In this document: positions 16,292 through 20,000 of the stretch, piece by piece
How positions within the stretch are numbered: position 1 is the first letter of the stretch
Layout: every line of letters begins with the position of its first letter
DNA from: an uncultured virus (IMG/VR IMGVR_UViG_3300024261_000020)
Taxonomy: Duplodnaviria; Heunggongvirae; Uroviricota; Caudoviricetes
Virus record (IMG/VR): IMGVR_UViG_3300024261_000020
Span: 52,465 to 72,464 of that record
Direction: 5' to 3' (one strand)
DNA: 20,000 bases
Position numbers and translations under genes: made by a program
The notes under the pieces: generated by a model
What the model was told of the DNA's origin: nothing
The model's input: the letters and a program-made list of their open reading frames with translations, nothing else
The model's database searches: none

Positions 16292-16862
16292 CCTCTGCCT
16301 CCTTATAATCTAATCCGCCGCAACGCACAGGCTTTGCCATATTCTTCGCTACCTCTTTGCAGAAATGGTACACGGTATCGTCTGGCCAAATGTTTTTGCA
16401 AAGGTTTCCAATATTGCAAACAAATCTAACATTGCCCTTCATATAGCCAACAGAGGGATCCGTTCTGTCGAGACTTGGCTTCCAAGGATTGCCTTTATCT
16501 TTTTCCCAAACAGATGCATTCTTTGGCAATACCATCTTTAGCCCGCTCAATGCACACCTACCATCTTGTATTTCCCATAAGACTTTAAGATATTCTACAT
16601 CTATATCATACTTGTGCTTTCTTTCACGCGCTTTTTTTACAAAGTATCTAAATGGGGAATATTCATCTTGTCTATTTCCAGAATTCAAATTAGAAGGTCT
16701 GCCTATACCTAATTGGTCTCCAAGATTATTCTTAACACCTTTTCCTGTGCAGCTTCTTGAACAGAACATTCTCCTGTCAAGCTTAAGAGATCTATTGTAC
16801 TCTTTCTTAGCCCTACTAAAGGTAGTTCCGCATATTTCGCAAGTTAACTCTATTTGTGACAT
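16269..16862 (-). CDS. His-Me finger (HNH/endonuclease VII-like) putative homing endonuclease with N-terminal Zn finger
   Basis: CEICG...FCSRSC Zn finger; QDGRCALSG...PSLDRTDPSVGY.KGNVRFVC...N..K. Confidence 0.8.
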   Translation of the reverse strand: MSQIELTCEICGTTFSRAKKEYNRSLKLDRRMFCSRSCTGKGVKNNLGDQLGIGRPSNLNSGNRQDEYSPFRYFVKKARERKHKYDIDVEYLKVLWEIQDGRCALSGLKMVLPKNASVWEKDKGNPWKPSLDRTDPSVGYMKGNVRFVCNIGNLCKNIWPDDTVYHFCKEVAKNMAKPVRCGGLDYKEAEDGQERSS

Positions 16863-16864
16863 AT

Positions 16865-16908
16865 TTGCCCTCCACCTTAATTATACGCAATTAAGGTGGA
16901 GCAGGCAA
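16865..16908 (-). promoter_or_regulatory. SD-sequestering hairpin overlapping a sigma70-like promoter
   Basis: Perfect 13-bp stem CTCCACCTTAATT/AATTAAGGTGGAG plus 5-bp TTGCC/GGCAA; TTGCCT (16908-16903)-17 nt-TATAAT (16885-16880). Confidence 0.8.
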
Positions 16909-16915
16909 GTTTTGA

Positions 16916-17318
16916 TGGTGGAGGCGGAGGGAGTCGAACCCTCGTGTCGCATAACGTCAATTTCAAGTCGTTCACAAGCTTATCCCATTTCTCTAAATAG
17001 GCAAAGTATTCATTTTATCCCCTGACGCCAAATGATAGACGCCTCCTCCCTTTCGGGCTACTCCACTTTTGAACAATGTTTATGTCAGTGCGTTCAACCA
17101 CTTATCTGTGTTTGGATATATGGAACACAGAGTCCACATGCCTAAATCGGAATTAGGCGTATGCTACTACAGGAGCGCCGAAGCCTCTGCCTGCGTTTGC
17201 GTACACGAATGAATAGTCGTCAACTAGTTTGTTTTTTGTAACGCTTATAACGATCTGAGTTACCTTGATCGGCTTGCACTATTCCTATCTGTTACCCGGT
17301 CGAATCCAAAACGCCCCC
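16916..17318 (-). ncRNA. ssrA: tmRNA (one-piece, 403 nt)
   Basis: 5' GGGGGCG.TTTGGATTCGAC; 3' T-arm GAGGG-TTCGACT-CCCTC then CGCCTCC-A-CCA; acceptor stem with G3.U; pk1 CGATC/GATCG + GTAAC/GTTAC; A-rich linker and UAGUU before the resume codon; tag 17221-17153. Confidence 0.95.
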
Positions 17319-17327
17319 GAGTTTTTA

Positions 17328-17627
17328 TTACTCTTTCACAGAACCTTTCTCTATCTTAATTAACCTTGAACTCTTAATCTTAAACTCACCAGTTTCAATC
17401 TGCTTACGCTGAGAGGTCCTGATATAAGAAGGAGTTCTACTCTTCCTAAGTTGCAACGTTACAACCCTGCCACCAAGTTCTGGAACTGTTATCTGACAAG
17501 ATCCGCAAGTGAGGCCGCTTACATAAAGGAGCTTGCCTTTCCATAAGCGGCCACTATTTGCATAAATGACTTCGTCACCGATACGCAGTGGCTGATCAAG
17601 TAAATCATACATTACTACGTCAGTCAT
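17328..17627 (-). CDS. hypothetical protein, 99 aa, possible SH3/KOW-like barrel (D..DQPL.IGD.V.Y)
   Basis: TGATG overlap; stop lies 9 nt before the tmRNA 5' end. Confidence 0.7.
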   Translation of the reverse strand: MTDVVMYDLLDQPLRIGDEVIYANSGRLWKGKLLYVSGLTCGSCQITVPELGGRVVTLQLRKSRTPSYIRTSQRKQIETGEFKIKSSRLIKIEKGSVKE

Positions 17628-17872
17628 CAGTCTTCCGATACTTCGATGACTCCATCGATTTTGACAGCCTCAGGGATCTCGTAACCATGCCAATGAATCG
17701 GCAGGCTATTGCCCCATTTGCTCTGTGCATGAAATTTCACCGGAGTCCACTTTGAGTGTGAGCCTCCAAGAGTTTCAACTGTTTCATTGTCCCATCTAAG
17801 CTCAGCAGTCACCAAGCCAACGGAATCGTAACGCAGACAAATCCACGTATATACATTATCTTCTGTGGTCAT
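17627..17872 (-). CDS. hypothetical protein, 81 aa, Trp-rich
   Basis: GAGGT SD before ATG 17872, preferred over TTG 17893. Confidence 0.65.
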   Translation of the reverse strand: MTTEDNVYTWICLRYDSVGLVTAELRWDNETVETLGGSHSKWTPVKFHAQSKWGNSLPIHWHGYEIPEAVKIDGVIEVSED

Positions 17873-17907
17873 ATTTACCTCAACAAGTTTCAATTATATG
17901 TTTGTTA

Positions 17908-19095
17908 TCAATAAGTGTTTTTTACACCCACAGAACACATGACCCTCTTCATGTCTTCTTTATCAGAAGACTCCCACGCTGTACCTATTGCTCTCATATA
18001 CTGAGCTAAGGTAATGTTATCAGGAGAGAATGCTTCTGCATAGAAATCTCCTGTAGGGATGAGCAAGTCTCCAGAGTTGACAACTCCTGTAACCAATACA
18101 GGAACCTGACCAATGAAGGACATTACCTGTCCAACTGATTCTTCGTCAACTCTTTCGTTACCAACAATGATTGATCTATGAGATACCACCATCGGTGTCC
18201 CTGGGCCTTCTTTGTAGAATGCCTTATCCCTTACATACACTATGTAGCCCTCTGGTAGTCCGAGGTATTTGTCACCCTCTGGAACCTCTACGGGCCACTC
18301 ACTTAAATCGCCACACTCAATGAACTCACCATAATCAGCAGAACCGGAAACGAATACGCAGTCTCCCGTACTATTGACTTCTACATTGTCTGGTGAAATA
18401 CCATACGCTGCGGAGTCTCCAGATGTTCCTTCCGAATAGAAGGCACTCGATGTTGCGGTAGCTGCTCCCCTGATCAAACCTCTTGTGGTCTGAGCAGCAC
18501 CGGAAGCAAATGTCGCGTATCTTGTCGAGGAAGATGGAGACTCTGTCAAGGTTCTAACCATTAAGACATCAGAGCCAACAGTCGTTGACCTGTTCAAAAG
18601 GTCCACCACATAAGTGGAGTCTTGTGTTCCAGAAAGGAAGAGCCCAGAAGAACTTATATTTACCGCACATTGAGTTAGGCCAAAGGCTCCAGTCAATGAC
18701 AGCGATGAATATGCAATCACCGCACAGGTGGTGCCAGAGGTTATATTAACCTCGTCTCCAGCAGTCAAATCGTAATCATTTGTTGGAGTCACATTAATAT
18801 CGTCGTTTCCGACTAAGTTAATGTCCCTTCCTGATGTTAACGTTAGATCCGAAGAAACACCGGTTGCTGTGATCGATAAAGTAGCGGCTCTTGTGATATC
18901 GCCATTGGCCACTATGGAGCCACTGAATGTTGCCGTACTTGATACTGACAAACTACCAGTGATTGTCGTGTTGCCTAACGCACCTGATATTGACACATCA
19001 CCTGTGAAGGCAACCGTATCCGCATCAAGCGTTAACGTCTTTCCTGACGAGAGCTTTACTTTTAAATCATCTGTATATCTATCTACTGTTCCCAT
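17908..19095 (-). CDS. tail fibre/spike-like protein with C-terminal intramolecular-chaperone autocleavage (peptidase G2-like) domain
   Basis: Thr/Ser/Gly-rich beta repeats (GDVSISG, GSLSVS, GRDINL, GDEVNI); SADYGEF...IGQVPV.V.G.V.SGDLLIP...IGTAWE. Confidence 0.75.
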   Translation of the reverse strand: MGTVDRYTDDLKVKLSSGKTLTLDADTVAFTGDVSISGALGNTTITGSLSVSSTATFSGSIVANGDITRAATLSITATGVSSDLTLTSGRDINLVGNDDINVTPTNDYDLTAGDEVNITSGTTCAVIAYSSLSLTGAFGLTQCAVNISSSGLFLSGTQDSTYVVDLLNRSTTVGSDVLMVRTLTESPSSSTRYATFASGAAQTTRGLIRGAATATSSAFYSEGTSGDSAAYGISPDNVEVNSTGDCVFVSGSADYGEFIECGDLSEWPVEVPEGDKYLGLPEGYIVYVRDKAFYKEGPGTPMVVSHRSIIVGNERVDEESVGQVMSFIGQVPVLVTGVVNSGDLLIPTGDFYAEAFSPDNITLAQYMRAIGTAWESSDKEDMKRVMCSVGVKNTY

Positions 19096-19151
19096 GACTA
19101 ATCCCTGTGAAGTGAGCGTTCACTATAACTCACTTCATTATTAGATTAGTC
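19096..19151 (-). promoter_or_regulatory. two-tier leader hairpin over the tail-gene initiation region, with a CTAATA motif in its 5' arm
   Basis: Outer GACTAATC/GATTAGTC (8 bp) abutting the ATG; inner TGAAGTGAG/CTCACTTCA (9 bp); TCTAATAAT at 19145-19137. Confidence 0.65.
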
Positions 19152-19289
19152 TTCCTTATTAGATCCATAGTTGCGACGAATTGTCTGTGCATAAAGGGCA
19201 AGAATTACAATTGCCCACTGTGACATAACAGCGGCTGTTGCAACTGGTGTAACAACAACCTTCACCGCCTTCTTAACAAGCTTCCTCAT
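19146..19289 (-). CDS. small protein, 47 aa, basic N-terminus plus one hydrophobic segment
   Basis: GGAG SD and ATGA overlap at 19289; MRKLVKKAVKVVVTPVATAAVMSQWAIVILALYAQ. Confidence 0.55.
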   Translation of the reverse strand: MRKLVKKAVKVVVTPVATAAVMSQWAIVILALYAQTIRRNYGSNKED

Positions 19290-19804
19290 TTTCTCTCCAA
19301 ATACTGACGAACATACTCTGTCATGATTGCTGTTCCTGTCTGGGACGTATTCAAACAAAACCCTACTCCGAGCATTGGTATGAAAACATTATCTCCATTC
19401 AAGGTACATTCGATGGGTACGCCAGTTGTTTCATGGCCTAACACCAGACACGTATGCGTGTCCATGTCGAATTTGTAATCGAACAGGCTTACAGAATCAT
19501 CCGAAAGCTCGGCCGACACTATATTATACCCGTTCTTCTTTGCAAACTCTGTAAAGTCTCTCGGCTGAGAGAAAGAGTAGATGTCAACGTAGTCATACAG
19601 ACTGCCGGAGCGAGAGTTCAAAAAACTTCTGTCCGGTACGGAGCCTATTACATAAATAGTGCCCACACCATAGCAAGCAGCGGTTCTGATTGTGAAAGCA
19701 AGATTGTCATCAAAATCAAAGTTGACCGTGACAATGCTAAGCGGTAAAGAAATTGCATCATTCTTTTTCCCATTATACCTCTGTCGGCGTGTCTCCTGTC
19801 TCAT
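19286..19804 (-). CDS. SpoU/TrmH-family SPOUT RNA 2'-O-methyltransferase
   Basis: Motif 1 NLAFTIRTAACYG, motif 2 LVLGHETTGV, motif 3 IPMLG...CLN.S. Confidence 0.88.
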   Translation of the reverse strand: MRQETRRQRYNGKKNDAISLPLSIVTVNFDFDDNLAFTIRTAACYGVGTIYVIGSVPDRSFLNSRSGSLYDYVDIYSFSQPRDFTEFAKKNGYNIVSAELSDDSVSLFDYKFDMDTHTCLVLGHETTGVPIECTLNGDNVFIPMLGVGFCLNTSQTGTAIMTEYVRQYLERK

Positions 19805-20000
19805 TTTTCACCAGCCTAAATCCCCTACTATACATTACGAATTTCTTGCCAGTGACTAACAGTCTTGATAGCTTCCAAACAAATAGATATTGTTTGGGAT
19901 CGGCATTGCTGAAATTTGCTGACCAAAAAGCCTTAAGCTCATCCTCTTTTCCATCCCATTTCTCATAGAATGCTTCTGGAGTACTTCCTGTAAGGCTTTG
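19773..20000 (-). CDS. 3' end of an ORF entering from beyond the window (...TPEAFYEKWDGKEDELKAFWSANF...TPTEV)
   Basis: 76 codons in frame from the window edge to TAA at 19775-19773. Confidence 0.65.
   Translation of the reverse strand, partial: QSLTGSTPEAFYEKWDGKEDELKAFWSANFSNADPKQYLFVWKLSRLLVTGKKFVMYSRGFRLVKNETGDTPTEV

Noticed and set aside
16865..16908. Hairpin as an intrinsic terminator of the tmRNA
   Set aside because: No U-tract follows on the minus strand; the 3' arm is the SD of the next gene
16916..16950. tRNA-Ala or an att-site tRNA fragment
   Set aside because: It is the 3' arm of the tmRNA and pairs with GGGGGCG about 400 nt upstream; there is no anticodon arm and no integrase in the window
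16489..17025. 178-aa plus-strand ORF and other antisense or alternate-frame ORFs (e.g. 5136..5597, 4729..5166, 6876..7235, 12609..12953)
   Set aside because: Shadows of well-supported genes or of the tmRNA, with no recognisable motifs
16916..17318. Group I intron in the tmRNA hosting the endonuclease
   Set aside because: The T-loop and acceptor stem are contiguous, the 403-nt length leaves no room, and the endonuclease ORF lies outside, downstream of CCA

Overview
Gene-dense, AT-rich segment almost entirely on the minus strand, with many ATGA/TAATG overlaps, bacterial Shine-Dalgarno (SD) sites and many short unknown ORFs. It reads as a large (jumbo-type) bacteriophage genome; this is an inference, since no capsid or terminase gene is in the window. 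Recognisable genes: DHH/DHHA1 phosphoesterase, short-form adenylosuccinate synthetase (PurA, not PurZ), GroEL without an adjacent GroES, beta-class N4/N6 DNA methyltransferase, LpxH-like metallophosphoesterase, Pol-beta-fold nucleotidyltransferase, AlkB-like 2OG-Fe(II) oxygenase, His-Me finger endonuclease, a tail-fibre-like protein with a C-terminal autocleaving chaperone domain, and a SpoU/TrmH RNA methyltransferase. The ORF track misses a complete tmRNA (16916-17318, minus) and several small ORFs. The most interesting signals are regulatory. (1) A TACTAA(T/C)A motif precedes putative virion genes and also sits inside two tandem long genes, exactly 29 nt before an internal SD+ATG whose product starts with a shared ~30-aa helical module, suggesting nested isoforms. 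(2) SD-sequestering leader hairpins lie in front of groEL, the tmRNA-linked endonuclease and the tail protein; two of them overlap a promoter candidate. (3) The tmRNA tag is unusually long. (4) One small gene carries an in-frame amber codon. All calls come from reading motifs by eye; no database searches or folding programs were run.
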